DNA from: an uncultured bacterium
GTDB lineage: Bacteria > Krumholzibacteriota > Krumholzibacteriia > LZORAL124-64-63
Assembly (NCBI GenBank): GCA_963732385.1
Contig: CAVSZB010000003.1
Coordinates: 128,001 to 192,000, forward strand
Length of the DNA: 64,000 nt
Direction: 5' to 3'
The position numbers and the translations under genes were made by a program. The notes beneath the pieces are model-generated. The model saw only the letters and a list, made by a program, of their open reading frames with translations, made no database searches and was not told where the DNA came from. Shown in pieces: positions 1 to 10,635 of the stretch (position 1 is its first letter; the number at the start of each line of letters is the position of its first letter).

Positions 1-6
1 GCGAAC

Positions 7-876
7 ATGAGTGATTTCGTTTACGTCACCCCCGGCACCTTTATCATGGGCAGCCCGACTTCTGAGTCGGGGCGATACACCGACGAGACTCAACATCAGG
101 TGACCCTGACCCACGGCGTCTATGTGCAGGCCAACGAGGTGACGAACCAGCAGTACATGGAGCTGGCCCAGTGGGCGTACGATCATGGTTATGCGACGGC
201 CACGAGCGCCAGTCTGGCCGACCATTTGGACGGCTCCACCCAGATCTTGAAGTATCTGGGCCTTGAAGACTACGAAATGACCTTCAGCGACGGCATCTTC
301 AGTTGCGTCAACCCGACCCACCCGGTCAAGTGTTTGACCTGGTACGGTTCGGCGGCGTACTGCGACTGGCTGAGCCTGCAGCAGGGCTTGCCGCGGGCCT
401 ACAGCCACAGCACCTGGCAGTGCAATAGTGGCAACCCCTATACGGCAACGGGCTACCGCCTGCCGACGGAAGCGGAGTGGGAGTACGCGTGTCGGGCGGG
501 AACGCAGACCGTATTCAACACGGGGCCCTGCCTGGACGCTGCCACCGAGGCGAACTTCTACGGACCTTATGCCTACCCCGGGTGCCCGACCGGGCCGTGG
601 GTCGGCTGGACGGTGCCCGGGGGAAACTACCCGGTAAACGGCTTCGGCCTGAACGACATGCACGGCAACGTGTGGGAATGGTGCAACGACTGGTACGGCA
701 CGTATGTCGGAACTGTGACGAATCCGGTGGGCCCGGTGGCGGGCTCCTACCGGGTGCTCCGCGGGGGCAGCTGGAACGATGACCCGCAGGACTGCCGCTC
801 AGCCTACCGGGCCTTCCTCTACCCGAGGCTCTCTGGCTTCAGCATGGGATTCCGTGCTGTGAGGTCGGCCAACTGA
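7..876 (+). CDS. Formylglycine-generating enzyme (FGE-sulfatase/SUMF1) domain protein; may extend 5' beyond the window
   Basis: Motifs F-x-MGS, EVTN, YRLPTEAEWEYACRAG, NGFGLNDMHGNVWEWC, RVLRGGSW, GFR. Confidence 0.9.
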   Translation: MSDFVYVTPGTFIMGSPTSESGRYTDETQHQVTLTHGVYVQANEVTNQQYMELAQWAYDHGYATATSASLADHLDGSTQILKYLGLEDYEMTFSDGIFSCVNPTHPVKCLTWYGSAAYCDWLSLQQGLPRAYSHSTWQCNSGNPYTATGYRLPTEAEWEYACRAGTQTVFNTGPCLDAATEANFYGPYAYPGCPTGPWVGWTVPGGNYPVNGFGLNDMHGNVWEWCNDWYGTYVGTVTNPVGPVAGSYRVLRGGSWNDDPQDCRSAYRAFLYPRLSGFSMGFRAVRSAN

Positions 877-905
877 GTGCGCGTAGCGGCGTCTTCAACC
901 CGGCG

Positions 906-1859
906 CTATGAAGCCTGCGTCGGCGCACCGGGGCCGGCAGGCTCGATGTGGACCATCACATCGGCGCCTGGCAGGAGCCGCTGCACGGCCAGTTCCGCAG
1001 CGTCGGCGATGGCGTGTCCGCTTTCGAGCGTCGTGTCGCGTGTCACGCGCAGGGTGACGTCGGCGAAGCTGTCGGGGCCGCTGCGACGCAGGCGGACCCG
1101 CACCACTTCGGTCACGCCCGGCAGACGCAGCGCGCGCTGCACTTCGTCGCGCGTTCCGCGCGGGATCTCGTCGAGCAGCTCCGCGATCGTGCGGCGTCCG
1201 AGCTGGATGCTCACCCACACGACGATCACGGCCACGCCGAGCGCCGCCACGGCATCCGCCCGCCGCAGCCAGACCAGCCCGGTCCGCTGAGACACGACGA
1301 CCAGCGCGAGTCCGACCAGCACCACCGACGACGACCAGATGTCGGTCGAGAAGTGCAGCGCGTCGGCCTCGAGGGCCTGGCTGTCGTACTTCTTCGCCAC
1401 GCGCGACAGGGCGCGTGACCGCGAGAAGTCGATCACGATCGAGATGATCATCACCGCGAAGGCCCAGATGGTCGCTTCCACCTCCACGTGCCGGTGGAAC
1501 AGCCGGTCGATCGCCTCCTTGACGATCCACACGCAGGTCGCCAGCAGGAGCAGCGTCTCGAACAGGGCCGACAGGTTCTCCACCTTGCCGTGTCCGTAGG
1601 TGTGCTCACGGTCGGCGGGGCGCGCCGAGACGCGCACGGCAAAGAAGGTGACCACGGCGGCCACGAGGTCGAGGGCGGAGTGTGCCGCCTCGGAAAGGAT
1701 GCCGAGACTGCCGGTCGCCAGGCCTACGACCAGCTTCATGCCGGTCAGTACGACCGCACCCGCCACCGAGGAGAGCGCCACGTTCCGCTTTTCATGGGCG
1801 GCCTGCGGGTCGGCAAGGTCGGCCGCTGCCGCGGAACGAGGGGGGTGCGCCGAATTCAT
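906..1859 (-). CDS. Cation diffusion facilitator (FieF-like) transporter
   Basis: SEAAHSALD, HTYGHGKVE and ADALHFSTD motifs; about 6 TM segments; C-terminal dimerisation domain ending DVMVHIEP. Confidence 0.92.
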   Translation of the reverse strand: MNSAHPPRSAAAADLADPQAAHEKRNVALSSVAGAVVLTGMKLVVGLATGSLGILSEAAHSALDLVAAVVTFFAVRVSARPADREHTYGHGKVENLSALFETLLLLATCVWIVKEAIDRLFHRHVEVEATIWAFAVMIISIVIDFSRSRALSRVAKKYDSQALEADALHFSTDIWSSSVVLVGLALVVVSQRTGLVWLRRADAVAALGVAVIVVWVSIQLGRRTIAELLDEIPRGTRDEVQRALRLPGVTEVVRVRLRRSGPDSFADVTLRVTRDTTLESGHAIADAAELAVQRLLPGADVMVHIEPAGPGAPTQAS

Positions 1860-2007
1860 AGCGACAACCTCGGTGATCGGGATGGTTTGGCGAGACAGTG
1901 GGGGCGGCGAAGCCGTGGCGGCACGCCGGCCGCGTTCGGCCTCACACTACGCGACCCAATTTTGATCAATAACGGTCAGTTTCGCAAGCCAGTCCTGCGT
2001 GGGCGCG

Positions 2008-2571
2008 CTACAGGAAGGGGCTGTTGTCGTAACCCCACCTTGTCACACGCGCGGGGCTCCCCAGCACCAAGCAGCCGGCTGGCACATCCTGGGTAACCTC
2101 AGCGCCGGCGCTGATCGTCGCCCCGTCCCCTACGCACAGGGGACCGATGATCCGCGCGTGCGCGCCGATCCATACACGGTTACCGATTGCCGGCCCGTCC
2201 AGGGCCTCCGGCGCCGGTTCTAACCGGACCTCTTGTTGGATGGAGCAACTCTGGCCAAGTCGGCAGCCGCGCACGCGGATCCCGGCGAAGTGGCCGATAT
2301 AAAGGCCGGCGCCGATTTCTGCCTTCAGGTCGAGGTGGAGGTCGTAGGCCAGGCGCACATAGGCGGTCAGGATGAGACATGGCAGGGTCAATACCAGTGC
2401 CACTGGAAGCCAGGCCGAACGCAGGCCGCGGCGGGTGATCCAGCGCCCGAGCCGGTAGGCCAGCAGAGCCTGGAGACCGCAGCTCCGCCTTAACAGCCCC
2501 CACGCTCGCAGTCTGCACGGCCTGGGGCAGCGGTCGAAGCGCGCAAGGTCGGCGCGGAAGTCCTCGAACAT
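2008..2571 (-). CDS. Serine O-acetyltransferase-like hexapeptide (LbH) acyltransferase
   Basis: IGAGLYIGH, PAIGNRVWIGAHA, VGDGATISAGA, GSPAR. Confidence 0.8.
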   Translation of the reverse strand: MFEDFRADLARFDRCPRPCRLRAWGLLRRSCGLQALLAYRLGRWITRRGLRSAWLPVALVLTLPCLILTAYVRLAYDLHLDLKAEIGAGLYIGHFAGIRVRGCRLGQSCSIQQEVRLEPAPEALDGPAIGNRVWIGAHARIIGPLCVGDGATISAGAEVTQDVPAGCLVLGSPARVTRWGYDNSPFL

Positions 2572-2579
2572 GGAAAACC

Positions 2580-3215
2580 TCAGCCTAGGTGTAGATCAGA
2601 CTCATCAGGCACGACATCCGGCTTGGCGGAGAAGCTGCGCCGCAGAGCAGAGTTGTCGAAGCCGCGGTGCACCACCCGTGCCGGGTTGCCCCCGACCACC
2701 ACGGACGCTGGCAGGTTCCGGGTCAGCACCGTCCTTGGCAGCACGGTAACGCCGTCGCCGATCGATACGCCGCCATAAATGACACAATGCGGGCCGACCC
2801 AGACGTTGCGCCCGATCGTCGGCCGATCGCCGTCCGCAAGGCTCATGCCGATCGTGACATGGTCATGGATCAGTGAGCCACGACCAACTGCCCGTGCCCC
2901 CATGACGATATGGCCCCGGTTCGCCAGGCAGACGCCCCCCTCGATGGACATGGACGGCATGAGGTCGCACTTGACAAGAACATGGGACAGGTAATGGGTC
3001 AAGTTGACCGCAGCGCGCAGTGGCAGGTCGCATAGCTGGCCCAAGGCACCGTGCCGCGAAGCAGGTTCGCAGCGATGGGCCAAGCGGTGCCAGAAGAGCA
3101 CCCAGAGCCCCGGCGAATCAAGCCACAGGAGCGCCAGCGAAAGGGGCGTCGGGCGCCGCCCCGGCCAGCGCAATTCGTGGTGGAATCTGGCGTCCAGCCG
3201 CATCTCATCGCGCAT
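2580..3215 (-). CDS. Serine O-acetyltransferase-like hexapeptide (LbH) acyltransferase
   Basis: PTIGRNVWVGPH, IGDGVTVLP, GGNPAR. Confidence 0.8.
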   Translation of the reverse strand: MRDEMRLDARFHHELRWPGRRPTPLSLALLWLDSPGLWVLFWHRLAHRCEPASRHGALGQLCDLPLRAAVNLTHYLSHVLVKCDLMPSMSIEGGVCLANRGHIVMGARAVGRGSLIHDHVTIGMSLADGDRPTIGRNVWVGPHCVIYGGVSIGDGVTVLPRTVLTRNLPASVVVGGNPARVVHRGFDNSALRRSFSAKPDVVPDESDLHLG

Positions 3216-3223
3216 GGTTGGCC

Positions 3224-4042
3224 TCAGCGCGCCGGCAAAGCAGCTAGGAATTTCACGAATCGCGTGGCGACCCGCTGTGCGCCGAGCGCGTTCAGGTGGC
3301 CGCCGTCGCTGGTCAGGGCCGGGTCGAGAGTCTCAACTGTCTGTCCCTGGAACCGCTCGGGCGCAGAAGTTTCGGACTCGCAGAGCGCGAGGTCGAACAG
3401 TCGCCCCTGCCGGCCATAGCGCTCGCGAAGGAGTTCGTTGAACTCGGTGCGACGGGCATTCGCGGCGAGGCCGTCGGACGCGCGTCCGAGCAGCTTCTTG
3501 ACCCGGGCCTTCAGACCCGACTGCACAGCGGTCAGCGGGGTCGTCACCGCCACGAAGGTGGTGCGGGGAAACTGCGCGCCGAGCCGGTCGAGCGTTTCGC
3601 CGTAATAGTCGGCCAGGCGCCGGATGTCCGTTTCGGAGGAGATGTCGATATAGCACAATTTCATCAGTGCGATGTCCGCGTGCTGGCCCATGGACTCCAT
3701 GACGGCCGCGAAGTCGTCGATCTTCGCCTGCGGGTCGCCGTTGCGGCCCACCTTGAAATGCACGATGCCGGCGGTGCCCGACGGCGCGCGCGTCTCCGTG
3801 ATGGCCAGCGGCACCTGCGCCTCGGCGGCGAGGGCCTGCAGGCCGGTGAGGATGTTCAGGCCCACGGACTGGCGCCCGAACACCACGCGCCTCGCGACCA
3901 GCGTGTCCCACTCCGCGGCGCTCACCTGCTCGGCGTTCGTCATCGCATCCTCCAAACGTTCCCTCTGCCCGCAGGCGAGCGCGGTGCACATCACCAGCAG
4001 GACGCCGGGCAGCATCCACGAACCGATCCGGTATTTTCTCAT
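3224..4042 (-). CDS. SGNH/GDSL-like hydrolase lipoprotein
   Basis: Lipobox LAC; FGRQSVG block; C-terminal DGGHLN (DxxH). Confidence 0.65.
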   Translation of the reverse strand: MRKYRIGSWMLPGVLLVMCTALACGQRERLEDAMTNAEQVSAAEWDTLVARRVVFGRQSVGLNILTGLQALAAEAQVPLAITETRAPSGTAGIVHFKVGRNGDPQAKIDDFAAVMESMGQHADIALMKLCYIDISSETDIRRLADYYGETLDRLGAQFPRTTFVAVTTPLTAVQSGLKARVKKLLGRASDGLAANARRTEFNELLRERYGRQGRLFDLALCESETSAPERFQGQTVETLDPALTSDGGHLNALGAQRVATRFVKFLAALPAR

Positions 4043-4314
4043 GTGGTCTTATCCTCTGGTCCCGGGTGGCTCCGCAATCCCTGGTCAGGGGGGACTGGCG
4101 TCCGTCACGACCAGGCAGGGCCTCTCTAATAGTCATGCATCCCGGCAGATTTCGCACGTCATACCGCCGCCCACGTCGGCGCTCCGCCCGAGCGAGCAAC
4201 GGGATCGAACCGGCGCCGGCGGTCGTTTGACAAGCCACCGGGCGGGGCCTACCATGGAGCCGGACGCCAACCCTTTGTCTTTGCGACGTTTGAACCCATG
4301 ATCGCGAGGTTTCC

Positions 4315-5544
4315 ATGCTGATCCGACCGCACGGCTGCGATGCTCTCAAGCCCCTGCTCCTGACCGGAGACGCCCTGCGCGCGGAGACCGACCACGCGCG
4401 GACCCTGCCGGCCTGGACCATGTCGAGCCGCGAAACCGGCGATCTGGTCATGCTCGGCATCGGCGGGTTCACGCCGCTCGGCGGGTTCATGGGGCGGGCT
4501 GACTGGGAGGGGGTCTGCCGGGCGATGACCCTGGCCGATGGCATCTTCTGGCCCATCCCGGTCACGCTGTCGGTGAGCGAGGAGTTCGCGGCGTCGGTGA
4601 AGGAGGGGCGCGACATCGCGCTGCTGTCGGCCGATACCGGCGAGATCATGGCGACCATGCGGGTGGAGGAGAAGTACGCGATCGACCGCGGTCTCGAGGC
4701 GCGCGAGGTGTTCCGCACCGAGGATCCGGCGCACCCTGGCGTCGGGATGCTGCTGGAGCAGCCGCCAGTGAACCTGGGCGGACCGGTGAAGGTGCTGAGC
4801 GAGAGCTACTACCCGACCGAGTTCGCGGGGGTCTACCAGCGGCCGGCCGAGAGCCGTGCGCTGTTCGCGCAGCGCGGCTGGACGACGATCGCGGCCCTGC
4901 AGCTGCGCAACCCGATGCATCGCAGCCACGAGTATCTGGCGAAGATCGCCGCCGAGGTGTGCGACGGTATCTACATCCACCAGCTCGTTGGCAAGCTGAA
5001 GCCGGGCGACATCCCGGCCGACGTGCGGGTGCGCTGCATCGACACCCTGGTGGAACATTACTTCGTGAAGGAGCGCGTCGTCTGCGGCGGCTATCCGCTC
5101 GACATGCGCTACGCCGGCCCGCGCGAGGGACTGCTGCACGGCCTGTTCCGCCAGAATTTCGGCTGTACGCACATGATCATCGGACGCGACCACGCCGGCG
5201 TGGGGGACTACTATGGCGCCTTCGACGCGCAGAAGATCTGGGACGAAATCCCGCCCGGCGCCCTCGAGATCCGCATGTTGCCGATCGACTGGACCTTCTG
5301 GTGTTTCAAATGCGGCGGCATGGCCTCGATGAAGACCTGCCCGCACGGCAAGGCGGACCGCCTCTTCCTGTCCGGCACCGCGCTGCGCAAGGGGCTGGCC
5401 GAAGGGGCCGGCATCCCGGCGGAGTTCAGCCGCCCCGAGGTGCTGGAGATCCTGCGCGCCTATTACGCGGAACTCGACGAGAAGCCGCAGATCGACCTGC
5501 ACCGGGCGGCGCGGGGCGAAGGGACGGCACCGGGCGGGAAGTAG
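4315..5544 (+). CDS. sat: Sulfate adenylyltransferase (ATP sulfurylase)
   Basis: [29 protein letters not shown], CxxC...CPH zinc site, LSGT. Confidence 0.96.
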   Translation: MLIRPHGCDALKPLLLTGDALRAETDHARTLPAWTMSSRETGDLVMLGIGGFTPLGGFMGRADWEGVCRAMTLADGIFWPIPVTLSVSEEFAASVKEGRDIALLSADTGEIMATMRVEEKYAIDRGLEAREVFRTEDPAHPGVGMLLEQPPVNLGGPVKVLSESYYPTEFAGVYQRPAESRALFAQRGWTTIAALQLRNPMHRSHEYLAKIAAEVCDGIYIHQLVGKLKPGDIPADVRVRCIDTLVEHYFVKERVVCGGYPLDMRYAGPREGLLHGLFRQNFGCTHMIIGRDHAGVGDYYGAFDAQKIWDEIPPGALEIRMLPIDWTFWCFKCGGMASMKTCPHGKADRLFLSGTALRKGLAEGAGIPAEFSRPEVLEILRAYYAELDEKPQIDLHRAARGEGTAPGGK

Positions 5545-5670
5545 CGGCGGCGCTCCGCGCAGGAGAACCTGCAATCTTGCATCCATATGGCAAAATTGCA
5601 CGCTCGCCGGGAGACGGAGCCCAGGTCCGAGGCGGGGAATCCGCGTCGGGCGACCGCAGAGGGGGCGGAC

Positions 5671-7434
5671 GTGGCCACGAATGATGCCCGGCGATTCGCG
5701 TTCCCGCCCGCCCTCGCCGCTTTCCTTGCCGCCCTGCTCGGCCACCTGCCGGCGCTGCGCACGTTCTGGAGCCAGGACGACTGGGGGCTGCTGGCGCGCG
5801 CGAACGGGCTGACCCCCGAGCGGGCTTTGCCGGCGCGTCTCCTCAGCCAGGTCGTCTACTGGCGCGCGTTGCACCCCCTCTTCGGGCTCGACCCCCTGCC
5901 TTGGGCGCTCACCCGCCTGCTGCTGCACGGAGGCAGCGCGGCGCTGCTGGCGCGGATCGCGGCGCGGTGCGGGCTGGCGCCGGCCGGCGCGCTGGCGGCG
6001 GGACTCCTGTTCGCGGCGGCGCCGGTGGCGCTGGCGCCGGTCTGGTCGGCGAACGCGGTGCAGGATCTGCTCGCGCTGTTTCTCGCGCTTGCGGCCACCG
6101 ACCGCTGGCTCGCCGCGCTCGGCTGGACGCCGGGCGGCGAACGCGAGCCGGCGCCGGCGCGGGCGGTGCGCGATCTCCTCCTGGCCGGCCTGTTCGGCGC
6201 GCTCGCCATGCTCGCCAAGGAGAGCGCGTTCGGACTGCCGGTGCTCTGGGGCGCCCTGCTCGTGGCGCGGCGGGAGCGGGGCGGGGGGCGAGTCGCGGCG
6301 ACGAGGTGGGCGGTCATCGCCGCGCTTCTCGTGGTCGCGGCGGGCGAGGCGGCGCTCGTGCTGCGCCACTTCGACCGCTCCGCCGGCGCGGCCTACGCGC
6401 TCGGCGCGCCGCTCGACGCGCTGTTCAACCTGCTCATCTACGGGGTCTGGACGGTCTGGCCCTGGCCGATCTACCCGACCAGATTCCCGGTCACTTTCTA
6501 CGCCGCCGCGCTCGCGGTGTGGCTGGCGTGGACGGCGTGCGCAGCGTGGCGCTGGCGCCGCGGCGACCGGCTCTGCGCCGCGGGCGGCCTGGCCGCGCTG
6601 CTGGCGCTCGCGCCGTTGCTGCCGCTCGCGCATCACACCATTCCCTACCTCGTCTACCCGGCGACAGCCGGCTTCGCTTTGGCGCTCGCGTCGCTCGTGC
6701 CGCGCCGGATCACGCTGCGACCGGTCGTGACGGCGATCATCGGACTCGCCGCGACAGCCTGGGCGCTCGCGCTCTTCTCGGTCTGGCTGCGCGCGCCGGG
6801 GGCGGACGGCTGGCCTCGTGATCCTCTGGTCGCGCACACGGAGATCTCGCGCCGCGCCACGCGGCTGCTCACGGAGATGCCGCGGCCCCCCGCCGACGCC
6901 GGCGACGGGCCGGACCTCATCCTGCTGCAGGTGCCGCCGACGCCGGCGGTGGCCGACCAGGCCGACCGTCTCGACGAACACATGGTCTTGACCAGCCGCC
7001 TGCACACGGCGGTGGGCGGGGAATTCGGTCCGCGGCTGGTGCTGGGGCGCGCGGTGCGGGTGCGCTGGATGAATCGTCTCGACACGGCGCCGCCGGGCGC
7101 GTTCGTGATGGTGGAGGCCGGCCCGCGCCTGATCCCGTGGGGCCCGACCGGCCAGGCGCGGCTCCACCTGGCGCTGACTCTGGCCGCGCGCGGATGTTTC
7201 TTCCAGGCGGCGCGCACGCTCCTGTTCGCCGCGCGGCAGGGCGGCGCGCGGCTCGCGTTCATGTACGATCCCGATCAGCTGCTCGAACCCCCGTCCGTGC
7301 TTGGGGCGAGGGCCGAGGCGTTCGACCTGTACCTGGCGGGGCCGGCGGGCCACGGAGCCGGTCTCTCCGCCGAGGCGCGTCCCGCGCTGCGCGCGATATG
7401 GGCGGAGTTGATGGCGGTGGTGCGGGAGCCGTAG
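5671..7434 (+). CDS. Polytopic membrane protein, GT-C/PMT-like glycosyltransferase candidate
   Basis: QDDW near the N-terminus, many TM helices, LAKESA motif; start uncertain (5587 or GTG 5671). Confidence 0.55.
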   Translation: MATNDARRFAFPPALAAFLAALLGHLPALRTFWSQDDWGLLARANGLTPERALPARLLSQVVYWRALHPLFGLDPLPWALTRLLLHGGSAALLARIAARCGLAPAGALAAGLLFAAAPVALAPVWSANAVQDLLALFLALAATDRWLAALGWTPGGEREPAPARAVRDLLLAGLFGALAMLAKESAFGLPVLWGALLVARRERGGGRVAATRWAVIAALLVVAAGEAALVLRHFDRSAGAAYALGAPLDALFNLLIYGVWTVWPWPIYPTRFPVTFYAAALAVWLAWTACAAWRWRRGDRLCAAGGLAALLALAPLLPLAHHTIPYLVYPATAGFALALASLVPRRITLRPVVTAIIGLAATAWALALFSVWLRAPGADGWPRDPLVAHTEISRRATRLLTEMPRPPADAGDGPDLILLQVPPTPAVADQADRLDEHMVLTSRLHTAVGGEFGPRLVLGRAVRVRWMNRLDTAPPGAFVMVEAGPRLIPWGPTGQARLHLALTLAARGCFFQAARTLLFAARQGGARLAFMYDPDQLLEPPSVLGARAEAFDLYLAGPAGHGAGLSAEARPALRAIWAELMAVVREP

Positions 7435-7539
7435 ACGGCCGCCGCCTCGCGGTCGGGAAACCTCACGGTGCGCCGGGCGGCCTCTCGCTGCAGACCCCGT
7501 CGGCCGGAAGCCTCCGGACGCCGCCCGGGCGAGCCCGGC

Positions 7540-10500
7540 TCAGGACGTCGGTTTTGGCGCCGCCACCCCGGACCGCTCACGCCTCCCCGCGAAGGTCAGC
7601 CGGTCGAACAATACATATACGACCGGGATCAAATACAGGGTGAAGACCGTAGACGCCAGCACGCCGCCAATCTGCACCACGGCCATCGGCGTGCGGAACT
7701 CGGCGCCGGCGCCGCTCATCGCCTGGGGCACCATGCCGATGGCGATGGCCAGGTTGGCCATGAGGATCGGCCGAAGTTTGATGGGACAGGCGGCCAGCAA
7801 CGCATCGGTGATGCCGAGACCCTGAGCGCGCAGTTGCGCCGTGTGGTCGAGCATCAGGATCGCGTTGTTGACCACGATGCCTACCATCATCACCAGCGCC
7901 AGCAGCGACATGATGTTGATCGTCTGTCCGGTGAAAAAGAGCGCCAGCGCCATGCCGATCAGGCCCAGAGGCAGGGTCGCCATCACCGTGACCGGATGGA
8001 TGAAACTCTCGATCACGGCAGCCATGACAATGTAGAGGAGGATCACCGCCATGATCAGGGCGGCGAAGATCGAGGCGAAGGACTCGTCCTGCATCTCCGC
8101 CGTCCCGGCGTAACGCACCACCACATCGGCCGGGAGCCCCAGCTTCGCGAGACGCTGGTCGATCAACACGCGCTTCTGCGAGAGCGTGCCCTCGGCGATA
8201 TTCGCGGTGACATTCACTTTTCGCTGCTTGTCCGCGTGCAGGATGGTGGCGTCGCCCACGATCTCCCTCAGTTCGGCCACGTCCGCGAGTGGCACCGTGG
8301 TGCCGGAGGGAGTGGTTATGGGGAGGTCGTCCAGGTAGGCGGGATCGGTGCGGCTGGCCGGGTCATAGGCCACCACGACGTCGTACTCCTCGCCGTCCTG
8401 CCGGAAAACGCCCGCCTCCTGGCCCTCGTAGGCGGCGCGCAGGATGCCGCCCACGGTCGCTGCCGTGAGGCCCTGCTGCGCGAGTTGCAGCCGCCGCGGC
8501 ACGACGTTCAGCTCCGGCTTGCCCGGCTGATCGCTGGTCTGCACTTCGACGAGCCCGGGGATCTCTTGAAGGGCGGCGTAAACCTGCCTGGCGGCCGTCT
8601 TGAGCTGGATCGGATCGGTGGCGAGCACCTCGATCTCGAGGTCCGCTTCGCCCCTGCTGCCCTCGCCCACGGGCAGCACCGAGATGCGGGCGTCAGGGAT
8701 GCCGGCCAGGTCCGGACGCAATCCGTTCATGAACGGAACCAGGCCGAGGTCGCGTTCAGCCACCGGCAGCAGCCGGATCAGCACCACGGCGTCCTCGACG
8801 CCACGGTCCTCGCCGCCGACCTTCACCTGCACCCCTGCCACCTCGGCGCGCGCGCGTGCCAGGACAGCCACCCGCTGCGCAAGCTCGCCCGTGCGTTCGA
8901 GACTGGTGCCCTCGGGCAACTCGATGACCACCTGGCACAACCCCTGATCGGTGTTCGGGATGAACTCGCCGCCCACGAAGCGGAAAAGCGCCACGCTGAA
9001 CACCAGCACTGCCAGGGTGACCGCCAGGGGCACTGCCTTGCGGCGCAGGCTCCAGGCGAGGGTGGTGCGGTAACCGACCTCGAGGCGAGAGTAGGCGGTG
9101 TCCCAGGCGCGCGCGAGCCGGGCGCCGGAACCGCTGCCGTGGCCCACGCCGCGGCCGGGCTTCACCAGGCGCGCGGCCAGCATGGGCACCAGCGTTAAGC
9201 TGATGATCAGCGAGAAGATGGTCGCGAAGACGACGGTCAGACCGAACTGCAGGAACACGCGGCCTATGATGCCGCTCATGAAGGCCACCGGCGTGAACAC
9301 GACGATGTTGGTCAGCGTGGAGGCCAGCACGGCGATGGTCACCTCGGCGGTGCCCCGCTCCGCGGCGTCGAAGGGGTCGGCTCCCTCCTGCACCAACCGG
9401 CTGATGTTCTCGAGGACGACGATCGAGTTGGTCACCAGCGTGCCCACCGAGATGCCCAGCGCCATGAGCGACATCACGTTGAGTGAGAAGCCCGAGGCCT
9501 GCATCAGCATGAAGGTGGCAACCACGGAGATGGGCATCGCCAGCGCGGCGATGAGAGTCTGCCGCCAATCGTGCAGGAAGATGAACAGCAGCAGGCCCGC
9601 GAGCAGGATGCCCAAGCCCAGGTTGCTCAGTACGCTCTTCACCGAATCGCGCACGAATTGCGAGTTCTCCGAGACCTGCTCGATGCGGTAGTCGGACGGG
9701 AGTTCGGCCCGTATCTTCGCGAGGGCGGCGCGCACGCCGTCGACGACCTTCACCGTATTGCCATCCGTGCGCTTCTGCACGCCGATGCCGATCGCCGGCA
9801 CGCCCTCCCAGGTCGTCAACTCGCGCAGCTCCGCCGTGGCATCGCGGACGGTGGCCACCTCGGACAGCGGGATGGTCTGGCCGCCGGCCAGCGGCAGGCG
9901 AAACTCGGCCAGTTCGGCCGGATCGCGCACCTCGCCGCGCAGGCGCACGTTCACCTCGTCGGCGCCGCGAGTGATGTGGCCGGCCGGCACGTTAAGATTC
10001 GCCGCGGCCAGCAGCCTGACGACATCCAGCAGCGTGAGCCCGTACGCGCGCAGACGCTCGGGATCGACGTCCACGCGCACTTCGCGTTCGCGCGCGCCCG
10101 TCACCACCACCTCCGCCACGCCATCCACGCGACTCAGGCGCTCCTTGATGATCTGGTCGACGGTGCGGTAGACCTCGTCGAGCGGCCGGTCGGCGGAAAC
10201 CGCGAGATTGATGACCGGTTCGCCGCCGATCTCGTACTTGGCGATGATCGGGTCGTCCGCGTCCTCGGGCAGTTCGGAGCGGATCTGGTCGATCTTGTCC
10301 TTCACATCGATGGCGTCCTGGTCCTGGCTCGTTTCGAGCGCGAACTGGACCACCACCTGCGACACGCTCTCACGTGACGTGGACTCGAGTTTCTCGATGT
10401 TCGCGAGGGTCGCCACCTGGTCCTCGATGCGCTTGGTGACTTGCGTCTCGATTTCACCCGGCGCCGCCCCCGGATAGACCGTGGTGACGACGATCACGGG

Positions 10501-10635
10501 GAAGTCGATCCGCGGCATCAGTTCAAGGTTGAGCGACCGGTAGCCCGTGATGCCCAGGTAGAGCATGGCGATCACGAGCATGGTTGTCATAACGGGCCGG
10601 CGTACGAAGGCGCGCAGGAGATACATGTCAGTCAC
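7540..10635 (-). CDS. RND efflux permease (AcrB/AcrD/AcrF family)
   Basis: RRPV, YPGAAPGEIE, LRPILM motifs; 1031 aa. Confidence 0.95.
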   Translation of the reverse strand: MTDMYLLRAFVRRPVMTTMLVIAMLYLGITGYRSLNLELMPRIDFPVIVVTTVYPGAAPGEIETQVTKRIEDQVATLANIEKLESTSRESVSQVVVQFALETSQDQDAIDVKDKIDQIRSELPEDADDPIIAKYEIGGEPVINLAVSADRPLDEVYRTVDQIIKERLSRVDGVAEVVVTGAREREVRVDVDPERLRAYGLTLLDVVRLLAAANLNVPAGHITRGADEVNVRLRGEVRDPAELAEFRLPLAGGQTIPLSEVATVRDATAELRELTTWEGVPAIGIGVQKRTDGNTVKVVDGVRAALAKIRAELPSDYRIEQVSENSQFVRDSVKSVLSNLGLGILLAGLLLFIFLHDWRQTLIAALAMPISVVATFMLMQASGFSLNVMSLMALGISVGTLVTNSIVVLENISRLVQEGADPFDAAERGTAEVTIAVLASTLTNIVVFTPVAFMSGIIGRVFLQFGLTVVFATIFSLIISLTLVPMLAARLVKPGRGVGHGSGSGARLARAWDTAYSRLEVGYRTTLAWSLRRKAVPLAVTLAVLVFSVALFRFVGGEFIPNTDQGLCQVVIELPEGTSLERTGELAQRVAVLARARAEVAGVQVKVGGEDRGVEDAVVLIRLLPVAERDLGLVPFMNGLRPDLAGIPDARISVLPVGEGSRGEADLEIEVLATDPIQLKTAARQVYAALQEIPGLVEVQTSDQPGKPELNVVPRRLQLAQQGLTAATVGGILRAAYEGQEAGVFRQDGEEYDVVVAYDPASRTDPAYLDDLPITTPSGTTVPLADVAELREIVGDATILHADKQRKVNVTANIAEGTLSQKRVLIDQRLAKLGLPADVVVRYAGTAEMQDESFASIFAALIMAVILLYIVMAAVIESFIHPVTVMATLPLGLIGMALALFFTGQTINIMSLLALVMMVGIVVNNAILMLDHTAQLRAQGLGITDALLAACPIKLRPILMANLAIAIGMVPQAMSGAGAEFRTPMAVVQIGGVLASTVFTLYLIPVVYVLFDRLTFAGRRERSGVAAPKPTS

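Noticed and set aside
7..876. FGE-sulfatase (CLec-fold) gene as a diversity-generating retroelement target
   Set aside because: I saw no template-repeat copy of its 3' end and no reverse transcriptase in the window. Sequence upstream of the window cannot be assessed.
4249..7353. Long antisense and alternate-frame ORFs (e.g. 4249-7353, 52688-56068, 21528-24473, 63203-63982)
   Set aside because: Arg/Ala/Pro-rich shadow frames of well-supported genes, as expected in high-GC DNA.
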